Shown here one piece after another: positions 22,401 through 38,000 of a stretch of 64,000 nucleotides of DNA (position 1 is its first letter; every line of letters starts with the position of its first letter). Location: NCBI RefSeq assembly GCF_009914755.1, contig NC_060925.1; one strand, 5' to 3'. Under the pieces are notes generated by a model. It made no database searches, was not told the origin of the DNA, and was given only the letters and a program-made list of their open reading frames with translations. The stretch comes from the human T2T-CHM13v2.0 reference genome, Homo sapiens. The translations under genes were made by a program, and so were the position numbers.

Positions 22401-24769
22401 GCAGCAAGTTGCTCAGACAGATAAACAGGAAGAGAGAATAAAAAATCTACATGTGTATGATATCGGACTTCTATTTTCACAGGATACTGACTGTAATTCA
22501 CTCACAAAATAGCCTCTCCAATTCTAACTGAGCAAGTCTAGTTAAACATGACAATTTTAAAGCTTTTTAAGGAGCTAATTAATTCATTTGTTGATTAAAT
22601 ACAAATAAGGTCCACTTTTATTTTCTTAGCCTCCGGCCTGGGCTCTCAGAAGGCTGTTAAGCCTGCATAATAACTTCATCTGAATTTAATTTTTTCAGGC
22701 TACTTTGAAACGGTTACATAACTAATTCATATTAGTCATCTCAGAGAAATCTCAGACCAAGTTTTCATGTGTAAAGAGGCAGCCCTGCTAATCCTGCTTT
22801 CCTCTGGATCATAGCCTATGTGAAGGAGTTGAGAATTCTGCCACTATAGGTTGATGCTTGACCTTTGGGATTTTTCTGTGGATCTGCTACTGGTAAGTTA
22901 ATATAAATTAGTGCACAACCAAAGTCTCAGAAATTTGAGTGCATTTATAAATTTGAAATTAAATTTAGTCTATAGAGAAAAATGAAGCTGATTTTGACTC
23001 ACGTCTCATTTGGAAATGGCCTAATACCCTAGCAACCTCCTTCTGACTATCCTGCTTTCCCCTGATGTAGCCTGAGTTAACTCCAATTGGGGAGTAACAT
23101 TTGGCCTTTCACACTATAGTTGCTAATGAACAACTCACTCCAGATATATTGGGAAACTCAAAGAAGTCACGTTATGTAGTCAGTAAGTTGCCTTTGTCAA
23201 TGAATAATTCTATAAGCACTGCAGACAACAATACAAAATGGCTTAGATATTAACCTAGAATTCACCTGACTCAGCATAATCAGTGTAGCTTTTGAAAGGG
23301 AGAAATTGCTTTTACAAGCTCTATTACATTGAGAAAATTAGTCTTAGGGGCTTTCTTCACTCTATCCTAAGCCAATCTTACTCTCTTATTTTCCCTTTTC
23401 TTTACTGCCCTGCTTTCTGTTCAGCCACTATCCAGGCCTATCTCCATGAATAGCAAAGCACTAAATTGGCAGAGAACAATGAACATACTTTGTAGGCCAA
23501 GCAAACTAGGAAATAACCTTACTCATTAAGTAAAAGCGCTACCTTTCCTCCTTGGAGAAAACTGTGCCATGACTCTATTATTCCAGCCTGCATTTCTAGA
23601 AAATATCTAAATCTAAAGCAATGTTCCTTCTCTGTGAGTTCTATGAATAAAAATATTTATTCTTTTTTTATACTATGACTAAAGAGTCTATGAGTTCAGT
23701 TTCAAATCACCTAGAATGTTCAGTGTTTTATACTGCATGAGAGGAGAATTTATTTAATATGTTTACAGCTGGGTAATAGTGTACAGCATAGGATGGAAAT
23801 AGGAAATTTTATCCTATGCTTTTAGACAAGCACTTTGAAGCCAGAATCCATTCATTCAAGCACCGTAAAATGATAAAACCAATATATCAATGCATCTTAG
23901 AGATGGACAGTGGGAGCTCCATATCCTGGGAGTATCCTCAGCTCCTGGAGAGATTCAGATGTGTTCCCATCTGCAGCCAACTTTCAAATACCTGGGGCAG
24001 ACATCTAAGCCACTTTATTTATTAAGGTGTAACTGACCTGGACTAAGGAACCAAAATAGGCTTCCCTGAAGAAGTGATAGTCACGATGTCAACAATGAGT
24101 AGGAGTTAAAAGTAAAAGATGACAAAGGAGTGGTGGGGATTTCCAGATACAGAGAACAAGATCTGCAAAAGTCCTGTAGTGAGCAGGAACATGGCACATT
24201 CTTAGAGTCTGAGAGGAAGCCGGACCACAAAGAAGAAAAGTGAAAGTTTCAAGAAGATACTACAGATACAGATAGTGGCCAATGCATGGCTTTGCGGGCC
24301 ATCTGCTCCCTGGGAATGAGGACACACTTGACTTATATCTTGTCTCTCCCTTATCATTGTGTTCCTTTGGACTTAGCAGCCCAGCCATGAGCTGTTTTCA
24401 TCGTAAATGATTAGAAATTCCAAAGATCACTGCAGTAGTATTTGCCTTAGGTACCAAATGTGACAGCTGAGGCTAAAAGGTGCTGGGCATCTGTATCCAG
24501 AAAAGCTGCTGGATGCCTCCAACTAATCACTGGACTTTAGTGCCATCTAAGAAGGCAAATCAGACACCAACTAATAGGGAATAAGATTTCTGAGCTATTG
24601 GCTTATGTTTTTTCCCCAGCAGTTTTTCTTTTACCTCCAAGCAGTTTGGGCTCTGTGCTCTTTGCCTCAGGGAAGGGATATGACAAGCAGGAGAAAAAAA
24701 TAAAACCTAGGAAGGAATATGCCTTCTAAATATATATATCTTTAGGGAGACCTAAAGAACTAGATTTAG

Positions 24770-24946
24770 GCTAGTTAAATTTAATTTTAAGTAAATTAAC
24801 TTGGATAAATTTTAAAATGTGGTCCTCAGCCACACCAGCCACATTCCAAGTGTTCAATAGTCACTTGTGGCTATTGGCTACTTGTATCGATCAGCACAGA
24901 TATAGAACACCTTCATCATCATACATGCTATACTGGACAGTGCTGG
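24770..24946. mobile_element. MER3-type hAT MITE
   Basis: cacaccagccacattccaagtgttcaatagtcacttgtggcta..tggacagtgctgg. Confidence 0.7.
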
Positions 24947-25700
24947 CCTACAGCAGAGACAAAATATTTGTGAGAAGCAGAGAGGCAAGAGGAAGACTTC
25001 TCTTCCAATAAACTATCAACTTGTATCTTTAAGATAGCAGGAAAAAGACATTTATGCTCCCTTCTCTCAGCAATCATCTTAAAACAATACCAAAAATGAG
25101 AAACTGAAATGTAAATTCCATCATTGGTAAAACTATGAGCTGCCATATCCCCAAACCACAATACATGAGGAAAGTCAGCAAGGATCTATCATGTATGTGG
25201 GAAGACACCAAGAGAAGATATCTGTGGCTGCAGATGTCAAAGAAAGCCTATAGAACCTAGTGCTCAAAGTAGGTGATCTAAGCTGAAGGGTTAATCCAAT
25301 AAGCCCTGTCTTTGAATGAGAATTTGGGGGGACTGGTATAGAGAACCTCTTAGGATCAATTTGGCAATGCGAAGAAGCTGAGAGTGTGGAGCTGAACAAG
25401 GAACACATAGATGCTTTTCTTTGCTGAAGGGCACCTGCCACTAGATAGGGTATGAGGTGAGGTACTCTTTATAGAGAGCCTCCATGTAAGTGTAGATCTC
25501 CTTCAATGGTGGGGAAATCAGTTTAAGAACTCACTCAACCACATACACTTGTGCCATAAGAAACTTTCTTAAGAACCACGGAGAGTACTACTAGCTTAGG
25601 ACACTGCCCCAGAACGTTCCCCACAAATCTAAAAAGAGTTGGATCAGGAAGAATTATTTTCATTTAAAGATTAATGATAAGAATGGGACAGGCAAAGATC

Positions 25701-26023
25701 TGTCTTTGTCCTTTCAGCCTGCTATAACAAAAATATCTTAGACTGGTAATGTACAAACAACAGAATTTATTGCTCACAGTTCTGGAGTGTGAAAAGTCCA
25801 AGATGAAGGCATTGGTGGATTCAGTGTCTGGTGAGGGCTCACTCACTGCTCGAATGATGGCTCTCTTCAGCCTTTTTTTATAAGGGTATTAATCCCATTT
25901 ATCAGGGTGGAGCCCCCTTGACTTAATCACTTCCCAAAGGCCCTCCCTGTTAATACTATCACACTAGGTATTAGGTTCCAACATATGAATTTTGGGAGGG
26001 ACACCAACATTCAGACCATAGCA
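25701..26023 (-). mobile_element. MaLR solo LTR (MST/MLT1A-type)
   Basis: gctataacaaaaata..tttattgctcacagttctggag..aagtccaagatgaagg..aacattcagaccatagca. Confidence 0.85.
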
Positions 26024-26371
26024 ATATCTCCACACAGATAATACAAGAAAAAAAAAGGTAAAAAAGGAGCAGAAAAAATAAATAGTGAAGAAAGAAAATA
26101 CATCAGAAAAATGTTGCCATGTCACAGATGAAAATTGAGACCCAATGTATTTCTATTCACTAAGAACAAAAGAAAAAAAATACTTCTGGAAAACAAGAAC
26201 TAAAGCAGGGTTCAGAAAAGACACATAGAGAAGACGAAAGATGAGCACTTAGAGCACTCAGGAAAAATTGGAAGGAAAACATTCATCACGTAAATGAAAG
26301 TCATGATGGAAACAAAAGGTAGAAGAATATGCACCGCATAGAACACGGTAGGGGTAGTGGGGTACCAAATG

Positions 26372-26648
<277 letters not shown>

Positions 26649-26922
26649 ACCAAATATTCCTTAAGTGTGCAAAATCAGATGGAAATAAAGACATCATTTT
26701 TAAAAAATGGAGAGAAACAATCACTATGAGAGACAGAAGAGATAAATTATACATAATTAGTGTTACCAATAGAGAATAAAACAAACAGAAAAAGATACAA
26801 AAAATAGAATTTGAGGAAAAATTTCTATGCTCAGGAAAATTATTAGTCAGAATTATTAATATTAATTATTGTTTATTAATAATTATTTTATTTATTAAAA
26901 CAAATGAAAGATATTAAGTGAC

Positions 26923-27158
26923 TTTTTTTTTTGAGAAAGAGTCTCTCTCCATCGCCCAGGCTGGAGTGTATTGGCACAACATCAGCTCACTGCAACCTCC
27001 ACCTCCCGGATTCAAGCAATTCTCCTACCTCAGCCTCTTGAGTGGGGTTACAGGTGTACATCACCATGCCCAGCTAATTTTTGCAGTTTCAGTAGAGATG
27101 GGGTTTCACCATGTTGGCCCAGCTGGTCTCGAACTCCTGACCACAAGTGAACTGCCCT
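26923..27158 (-). mobile_element. 5'-truncated AluS
   Basis: Poly-T plus right arm and part of the left arm. Confidence 0.85.
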
Positions 27159-27479
27159 CCTTAATGCATGTACAGTGTAGCAGATACTGTCGTGTCCCCT
27201 CTCATGTTCCTTGGGCCTCTCAGTGTTTTCTGACTTCCAACTGCCAGTGCCTGTCACATCTTCATGCCTGATGGCATCCCTCCGACACTGGAAGGCTGCT
27301 CTGCTCATGCACAAGACAGGCCTAAAGTGCCAGGGAATTCACATTAATTATTAATAAAATATTGTATTATATATTAATAGTGCTTAATGGAGCCAAATTA
27401 ATCACCTCCCAAAGGCCCTACCTCTTACTACTATCACACTAGGTATTAGGTTCCAACATATGAATTTTGAGAAGGATAC

Positions 27480-29570
27480 AAACATGGTGACCATCGTTAA
27501 TAATAATGTACTGTATTCTTAAAAATTGCTGAGACAGTAGATTTTTTTAAGCATTCTCACCATAAAATAAATAATAAGCATGTGAGGTTACATATGTTAA
27601 TTAGCTTAATTTAACCATCCCACAATGAATACATATTTTAAAATGTCGTGTTGTATATCATAAATACACACTATTTTTATTTGTCAACTTAAAAAATAAT
27701 TTTTCAAAGACTTATAAAGTAATAATATGAAGGCAGTGTGATATTAGAGCAAGGATAGCCAAAAAAAAAAAAAAAATGAAACAGACAAGAGAAACCAGAG
27801 ACAGACTAACACATATGCTATAGCTGCTTAATTTATTATAAAATTAGCATTGCAGAGCAGCATGGAAAGAACGATGTCTTCAATTCATGGTGCTGGGTCA
27901 ATTAGGTATTCTTATGGAAAACAATTAAAACTTGACAGCTAACTTAACAGCTAATCATATATTTTTAAAAAGTGATTTCAAATGGATTCCAGACATGAAT
28001 ATGAAGGGCAAAACATATATAAAACGAAATGTAGAATATTTTCAAGATGTTAGAGCAGAGAAATATTTATTTTAAATAGAACACAAAAATACCAGTATTA
28101 AAGAAAATTTAATAAATGACACCAATTAAATAAAGAACATTTATTCATTTAAAAAAAAACAGTAAAAGAGTGTAAAAACATGCCACAAAGTTGGAGAAGG
28201 TATTTATAACATGAATAACTTTTAAAAGTTCCTATCCAGAATATTTAAACAAATTTTATAAATTAATAAGAAAATAACAGACAACCTAATAGAAAAATTC
28301 TCCCCTCAAACCTCCACCAAAAAAAAAAAAAAAAAACCCCTTGTCAGGTACTGCTCAAAAGAAAAAATATCCTACTGGTCAATTGACATGAAAACTTCAA
28401 AACTGATCACTGATTTGAGACTTAAAACAACAATAAGATAATACTACAGGTCCACCAGAATGGCTAAAATTAAAATGGCTGACAATACCAAGAGTTGAAG
28501 TAGAAGATACAGAGCAATAATTAATCTCATACTTTGTTTGTGGTACTTTGAAAACCAGCTTGGTTTTATTGAAAATATACTTACTTTATAATCAACAATT
28601 CCATTCCTAGCAGATTCCCTAAAATAAGAGTTAGCAAACTAAAGCCCTCAAGTCAAATCCAGTCTACAACCTGTTTTAGTAAATAAAGTTTTATTGGAAC
28701 AGCCTTGCCTATTCCCTTAGGTATGGGTGCTTCTTCACAAATTTGGGTAGTTGTAACAAAAAAAGCCATAGGACCTGCAAAGTCTAAAATATTTACTCTC
28801 TGGGGCCCTCTACAGAAAAAGCTTGCCAACCCATGCCCTAAAGAAATGCATGTGCATATATATGCAACAGAAGATTGAGCAAACATGTCACTCAACATTT
28901 TTCTTAATAGCCCCAAACTAGAAGCAACTCCAGCATCCACTATCCAAGAGTAGAATGGATAAATAAATCGTGGGATACTCATGTAAATATTAGAATACTA
29001 TACAGCAATAATAATGTACAAACTTCAGTTATTACTAACAATATATATGAGTAAATCACATAACAAAATTTAAACACAAAATAATTCATACTTTATGAGT
29101 CCATTTATAAAAAGTCCAAAGGCAGGTAACACTGAATCAGTTGTTGTTTTGTTTTGTCTATCCTTGCTCTAATACCACACTGCCTTCCTATGATTACTTT
29201 ATAAGGCTTTGAAAAATTATTTTTACATTGACAAAAATGGCATATATTTATGGTATACATGACATTTTAAAATAAGTATTCATTGTGGGATGGTTAAATC
29301 AAACTAATTAACATATATATCAGTATTTAGGCATCCTCATTTAGTTGGCAAAGAAAAGCAAATAAGCAAGTACTATAAAAGTTGGAATCACTGGTTTCCT
29401 TTAGTGGAAAGGAATGTATTGGGATTAGGAAGGAACACGCAGGGAGCTTTAGAATGCTGGCAACTTTCTGATAATTGTTTGTTTTATAATTCTTTCAGCT
29501 GTTTACTTATAATATGTATTCTATACTGTTATGCAATTTTCAGAGGAAAATAAGGTTAAAAAAAAAGTGT
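27480..29570 (+). mobile_element. Mosaic of old L1M fragments (L1MA 3' end then L1ME ORF2-end/3' UTR)
   Basis: ggtgaccatcgttaataataatgtactg..; ccagaatggctaaaatt..gacaataccaag; atagccccaaactagaagcaac. Confidence 0.7.
28625..28835. mobile_element. MER58A hAT MITE inside L1ME
   Basis: gttagcaaact..gtaaataaagttttattggaac..gcttgccaacccatg; 8-bp TSD ccctaaaa/ccctaaag. Confidence 0.8.
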
Positions 29571-29589
29571 GGAGACTTAATAAGCACTG

Positions 29590-30165
29590 TTCGGTGGGTG
29601 CCACTTGTCATTTATGAGCTTTACTCTGGAGTGATTTGCTGGTCCATTTTGGAGACACCCTGTTACGTAGGATCTTTAGGTCTTTCCTCTCGGGCTGCTC
29701 TGGTTCTCCAGCAAAGACTCTTCCAACCTCCTGCCTGAGGGGTGACACCTGGACTACTAGAATTCTGGGAGCTGAAAATGAACAGTTACCCAGCAGCAAA
29801 GGGCAGAAAAAGGCATCTTCGAATCTACTTCTTAAACAGTGTTCAGTAAATTCTTACTTTAGCTCTCTACGCCCTGTTATTTCCACCTTATACCCAGCAC
29901 TGAGCATTTCTGAGCCTTTTGGGAATTCTACCTGTAACTGGGTCTGAGCTTCCATATTTTGAGTAAGATTTGGCTTCCTCTGGTGTAAGTCAGTTGTCCC
30001 TCATCTGTTTGCTTTCTAACATTCACACAGACTCTGCCTACTCTCATCCCTCCATCTTGTTGGTTATATTTTTTACAAATCTCTTTATTGTATTTTTCAC
30101 TGAGGTTTCAAAAGAAATAAAATTAGATGCATGTATTCAATCTACCATCTTTCCACAGATGGAGT
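29590..30165 (-). mobile_element. Probable old L1ME 5' region fragment
   Basis: Ends in aattagatgcatgtattcaatctaccatctt, typical of reverse-complemented L1ME 5' ends. Confidence 0.4.
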
Positions 30166-30189
30166 TTGATTTCTTAATCTCTAAAATGA

Positions 30190-32224
<2,035 letters not shown>

Positions 32225-32824
32225 GAACACCTGGAACTCTTAAACAAAACAAACGAAAAAAATGCATGTCCATGAGTAATCAGTAAAACATTCAGCAGGT
32301 TGTGTGAGCCAAAGGCCAAATTACTTTTTAAAAATAGTGCTTTGTTTCTGTAATGTGAGGCTGGTATTTCTAATTACCAAATCACCTACTATTATTAATA
32401 GAAAATATTTGAGATACATATACCTCACCTAATGCTCCCTGGAAAATCTGCTTACATGGTTAGGGCTAGTGAAAACAAGGGATTCTGAATGTAAAAGATC
32501 ATGTAATCGGATTTAATTGCTCTCTGTTGGTGCAAACCAATTTAGGATAAACTGGGAATTCATAAACAAAAATTAATATAACATTGCCAATTTTGAGTGA
32601 CTAATGTGGACCAAGTCCTTTACAAAGGCACCACTATGAGATATTTATCATGATAACGATTTTGGAGATGAGAAAATAGAGACTTAATGTGACTTCCTCA
32701 GAGTCATATTTCTCTAAGGAAGTTACTAAAATTTCATTCCTTATGTATATAATTTGAAAGCTTCTTTTTTTTACTACTATAGCATGAATAAAGTATACAA
32801 ATATTTAAAAAAATAAATAATAAA
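32225..32824 (+). other. L1 3'-transduced segment with its own AATAAA and A-rich tail
   Basis: 15-bp TSD taaaatgaacatcaa at 30182-30196 and 32825-32839; AATAAA at 32787-32792; A-rich tail 32807-32824. Confidence 0.85.
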
Positions 32825-33241
32825 TAAAATGAACATCAAAATAACTATCTTGTGTGGTTGGCATAACTATTAAAAGTGATTTATGTATGTAAAGCAAACA
32901 GTTTCTTTCCTGTGGCTGTTAAAATAGAAGGTCTTAAATACAGATAAAACCACACCATCTATACATACACACCACACACACATACACACATACACACACC
33001 CTCACATCCTCCTCCTTCCCAGGAAGATCATGTAAATTAAATCAAAGGTAGAATTCAGATGTGGATTATTCAGATATGAAGCTTACTCTAAGGGTGGGCA
33101 TTCTTAGTCCATGATGAGAAAATATAATTGACTACAGGAACCCTGAGGATATTTAGATAAGCAGCATCAAACTTTCTCTTAAAAGATACTATTAAAACAG
33201 GACACACATTCATAATCAGTTGTGTATCTGGGGAGATATTT

Positions 33242-35632
33242 GGATTTGAATAGGACGATATTAGTAAGCATTAATAGAATGTGCTCTATTGCCTGACTTG
33301 TAAAATCTAGTCGTAAAAGAAGATCACAGTTTCCTGTTAATTAGGACCACCTACAGTGTTGGAAACCTTTTTGGATGATCAAAGAGGTGGCATACTTAAC
33401 CCAGGAGATGTTGACAAGCTCTTCAGCTAGTTAGCATAACGTAACTTTCAACTAAGTGCTTGATGTACAAGCTCTTTTATGCTCTGCCATAGTTTGGGTT
33501 TAATAGTTTGTGAAGTGATATTCCTTGCATAAACAAACGACAGTTACATGGAAATTTCATTTGTACTAGTGCCTTGTCCCTGTGTCAATTAATTTTCAAT
33601 ATACTTTTGTAATATTTCTTTCAATTATAAGAATGATAAAATAAGATTATAAGAATGATAAAATAAGATATTAAGAAGGTTACTTTCATTTTTGAGTCTG
33701 CAACACAATATATAAAGATCTTGAAGGGGACGGGCTCAGATTACATAGGAAATCATCTATTTCCCCCTTGCCCACTCACAACAACTGAAATAGTGGTCCT
33801 TAATGTTAAACTTCAGGGAATTGAGAAAAATGTCTTCTTAGTAAGGGGCCTCAGATCAATGACTTCCTGAGCTTGAAAGAAATTTTTTTAAAGCCTCTGG
33901 TCTATATAAATAGGAAGCATAATAGAAAGATCATTTCCTTTGGATCAGATAAACATGAGCTCGAATCCCCACTCCATCACTTATATATCTGCATGTTTTG
34001 AGAGATTTTACTACATCCCTGTGTGTGTACAAATATGGTTCATAATACCAACTTCCAGGGTTGTGTGGAGGCAAAAAGAAGAAAATGCCCATAACGACCC
34101 AACACATTCGGGCCCTTAAGAATTTGTAGCTCCTACTAATAAACAGGTGCTCAATCTGCATTCTTTTTTTCGCTTAAACTAAAAACAAAATTTCTTATCA
34201 AGGAAAGTGTCGGTGTATTGGTAGAAAAAGAAATACAGTATCTGAAATAAATTTATATATGGTATCCTTAAAATGATTCCCCTTCCTTCAACCTACTAAC
34301 ATCTATTAGTCAATTAAACTCATTTTACTAACAAACATCTATTGAGCACTTAGGTGCCTAACTCAGCTCAAGAAGCTGGAGCTGTGCTTGGAGACCCTTG
34401 AACATCCCTTACTCAGCAGATCGAAGGGGCTTTCTGGACACTTTCTTCGTGGCGATGCGTCCTTTTTCCACTTCCATAGGGAATTGGTATCTGTCATTTT
34501 CCATACCCATGAGGTAATTTACAGCAAGAGAAGGGAGCGAGAGTATATTTTCTCCTTACATTTTGCACTATGTTGTGAGAATGTTTTGATTTCTTGTTGC
34601 TCTGTCATTTCTCTGCTGGAGTATAGTGAATGGGCCAAATGAAGAAGTAAAAGGGTAGAGTGGATAACGAAACTGCAGATCATTTTGGTTACTAAAAAGG
34701 GGACAAGGCACCCCAAAGAGAGAAGCACTGATCAGGTGGTGTTCATGAAACGTCTTCCCTGCCTCCTCAGCCCTGCCTGCCCCACTCTGCCCTGCTTCTG
34801 CAGTTCAGGGACCAGAGGTTAAGGTGTGCGGAGGAGTTTGTCAGGAAATGAGGCCGGAGGAGCAGGCTCCGGCCAGACTGGGGAGATTAGCCTTCATCCT
34901 CTGGCATCAGAGAGCCAGCAGAGGTCTTTAAGAAGGGAAGGCATGTGATCAGATCAGCTTTTCAGGATGATAACTCTTTATTGTGGAAAATGGACTGTGG
35001 AGGGAGAGACGTGTTAAGAGAACCAATTAGGAGGCTGTTGCATTATTGGGCTTTCTTTTACAATAACTATATGTTATTCTGTAAAGTGTCTCTAAGGACC
35101 ACAAAGTGTTGTAACTTTTAATGTTTATTTAATATTCAACACAATTTTACTCCTAAGTATTTTCCTTCACTCCTCATTAGTATATGTTTAAATGCTATCC
35201 TAATAAAAAAATTCAACATAAACTTTAAGATATTTATGGTGCTCTCAACTATTCTAAAGTAATTAAATGAATAAAATATGCATGTTTACTTTGCATATGT
35301 TAGGGAAGTCTTGATTTTGAATTTAAAAACTATATAAACACTTGTTTCCTTCCTGTTCCATTGTATAATTTATTTTCCAACATAAAACTAATATCATAGG
35401 TTTAGATATTGACTAGGACCTTTATTAAGTTGTACAGTATCAAATTATCTTACACTAGTTATCTTCATTGATAGCATTCTATAACCAGTTTAAATAAATG
35501 TATGTGTATATATATATGTACACATCTTTGAGAATCCCTTTGGGATTTGAATAGGACGATATTAGTAAGCATTAGTAGAATGTGCCCTATTGCTTGACTT
35601 GTAAAATCTAGTTGTAAAAGACTAGATTTTAC
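33242..35632 (+). repeat. 79-bp dispersed direct duplication (33242-33320 and 35543-35621)
   Basis: 75/79 identical by eye. Confidence 0.9.
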
Positions 35633-37691
35633 CACTGAACCTAAACCATCTAAATAAGATTACTAGCAGACTTAGCTCAGTTGCACTTTGGAAATTCATT
35701 CTTTTTAGAATTTGTAAAGTATTCATAAAAGCTGAAAAAATGTGCAGAAATTTGCATTGATGGATGTTTTCTTATCCTCCATCAGGAAATGATGTACTTG
35801 AAACTCATTATAGATCTTCATAGAAACTCGACTGAACGTGCCTTGGGCTTTGTGCTCATCAGCACATACCGAGTTGACTGCATAATTCATATCTCTTGTG
35901 TCACATTTAATGTATAACATGTATTTCCTGTTAATTATGAAAATAAAAACACATCATATATTCTAAGAGCATAATTACAAAAACACTGCAAAAAGTTATG
36001 TTTGAAGTCTATTAGCCAATTTCTCTTTAGAAGATATAAAATGGAAGAGTTATTTTCTCTTGCTTTTTGAAAATCAGTTTAACAATGCTTCCCTTTTTTT
36101 CTTCCACCTGACTTTACAGAATGATATAGAGGCTCCATAACATAGGAAACAGGAAATAATAGAGACAGAGGAGTTACCAACTCTATCATCTCGAAACATT
36201 TAGACAAATAAATAAAATGAACTCAGGACTTTCCAGGACAGAACCAAGATTGTTCTGTGGATATGAAGACCAAAGCAATTCACTGATTAGTGACTAATTA
36301 TTTTTTCTCTTTTAGAGGCATTTTTAAAATATGTTTGTAGTACATGGAAAAACAAAATTCCATAAAGGCCCTGATCCTATTAGCCTCCCAAAGTCAAAAT
36401 TATCTTAGATAACATCTCCCTTTATAAAGAGGAAATATATTATGTAATTAAAATTCTAACGACTTAATAATCATAATCTGGCTGGAGAAAACTTTTAAAG
36501 TATCATATAGGCCTCATAAATCTTGAACTGCATGTGAAGTTATCAAGCATACTGCAGTTTAAGCTTTCACACCTGCAAAATATACAATCTAAGCTCTAAC
36601 TGTATGAGGGAGCCATCATTCTTTGGCTCTTTGGTTACTAATTAAACAGGCATGATATTAAAAATTAATTAGCTACCTAATTAATATTACATACTTGTCA
36701 CAGGTAGTTATTGTGCATCTTTTCCCTGGACTCACAGGAGAGAAACTTTTTGGCATTAAACTTTGGTAGGTTAATTTGATTCACTGCTTAAGAACATAAA
36801 CTGGATTGTTAGATTGGCTGTCATCAAATATGAAATTTGTTACCTAGAAGCTGATGAGACAGACTTTGAGTTTTCTAAAATGACTCACTTTTGCTACCAA
36901 AAATCCTATCTAAGAAAATGATATGACTTGTTTATTAATGCATACATTTATACATTTATTTATTTATGGATTCATTAATTTATCTACAAGTGCCATGAGA
37001 AATTAACATGATTTATTAAAACGAATATAAAAATTTCTATTTGCAGGAATGGTTTATAGGTTTTATCTGGTCAATAGCTTCCAATCTGTTGGCATTAGCT
37101 GCCTACCATACTCATACCAGTTCAGTAAATAATACTATTAACAATAGCTGTTATTGTTATTATCATAGTAATAAGTTTCCAAAAGTGAAGAAGGGGGAGG
37201 GTGGTCTGTGTGCCCAGTATTTGAAGACCTTGAATAAACGATTACATAAAGACCTTGAATAAACTATTACAGACAGTGTTAGAGAAGCTTACACAAAGAA
37301 CAGTGGAGGCACCAAAAAAAGAGGAACCCATTCTCTTTGTTGAGCCATGGAAGAAATATCTCATGATGAGTCAAGATGCCCCAGAAGAATTCCAGTAGCT
37401 GTGATTAGTGAGCAGTGGGATACCTGACCTAGGACCTGAGGACAGAGGTCTGGGCTTGAGATATAGATTTATGAGTCACCAAATGATTCTTGAAAGATGC
37501 GGAATATTGTCTAGGTCGACTAAGATGGAAGGGCATCCCAGGCAAAGACATCAATTTGACTAAAAGAACATCCTTATTGACTTATTTTAGATTTCATCAT
37601 GATAGAAGCATTAGATGTATTTCTTAGGTGAAGAGAGGAAATAATAAAGCATTAGAAAACTGATTGGCTAGAATGAAACATTAAATTATGA

Positions 37692-38000
37692 TTTTATTTA
37701 TTTATTTATTTTTTAAGGAGACGGAGTCTCACTCTGTTGCCCAGGCTGGAGTGCAGTGGCGCGATCTCAGCTCACTGCCAACCTCTGCCGCCCTGGTTCA
37801 AGCGATTCTCGTCCCTCAGCCTCCTACGTAGCTGGGATTACAGGCATGCGCCACCATGTCCGGCTAATTTTTTGTATTTTTAGTAGAGATGAGGTTTCGC
37901 CATGTTGGCCAGGCTGTTCTCAAACTCCTGATCTCAGGTGATCCACCCACCTCGGCCTCCCAAAGTGCTGGGTTTACAGGCGTGAGCCACTGCGCCTGGC
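37692..38000 (-). mobile_element. AluS with (TTTA)n tail
   Basis: Full Alu body. Confidence 0.92.

Noticed and set aside
34412-34672. Possible minus-strand coding exon (MGMENDRYQFPMEVEKGR..)
   Set aside because: No recognisable homology and only weak splice context.
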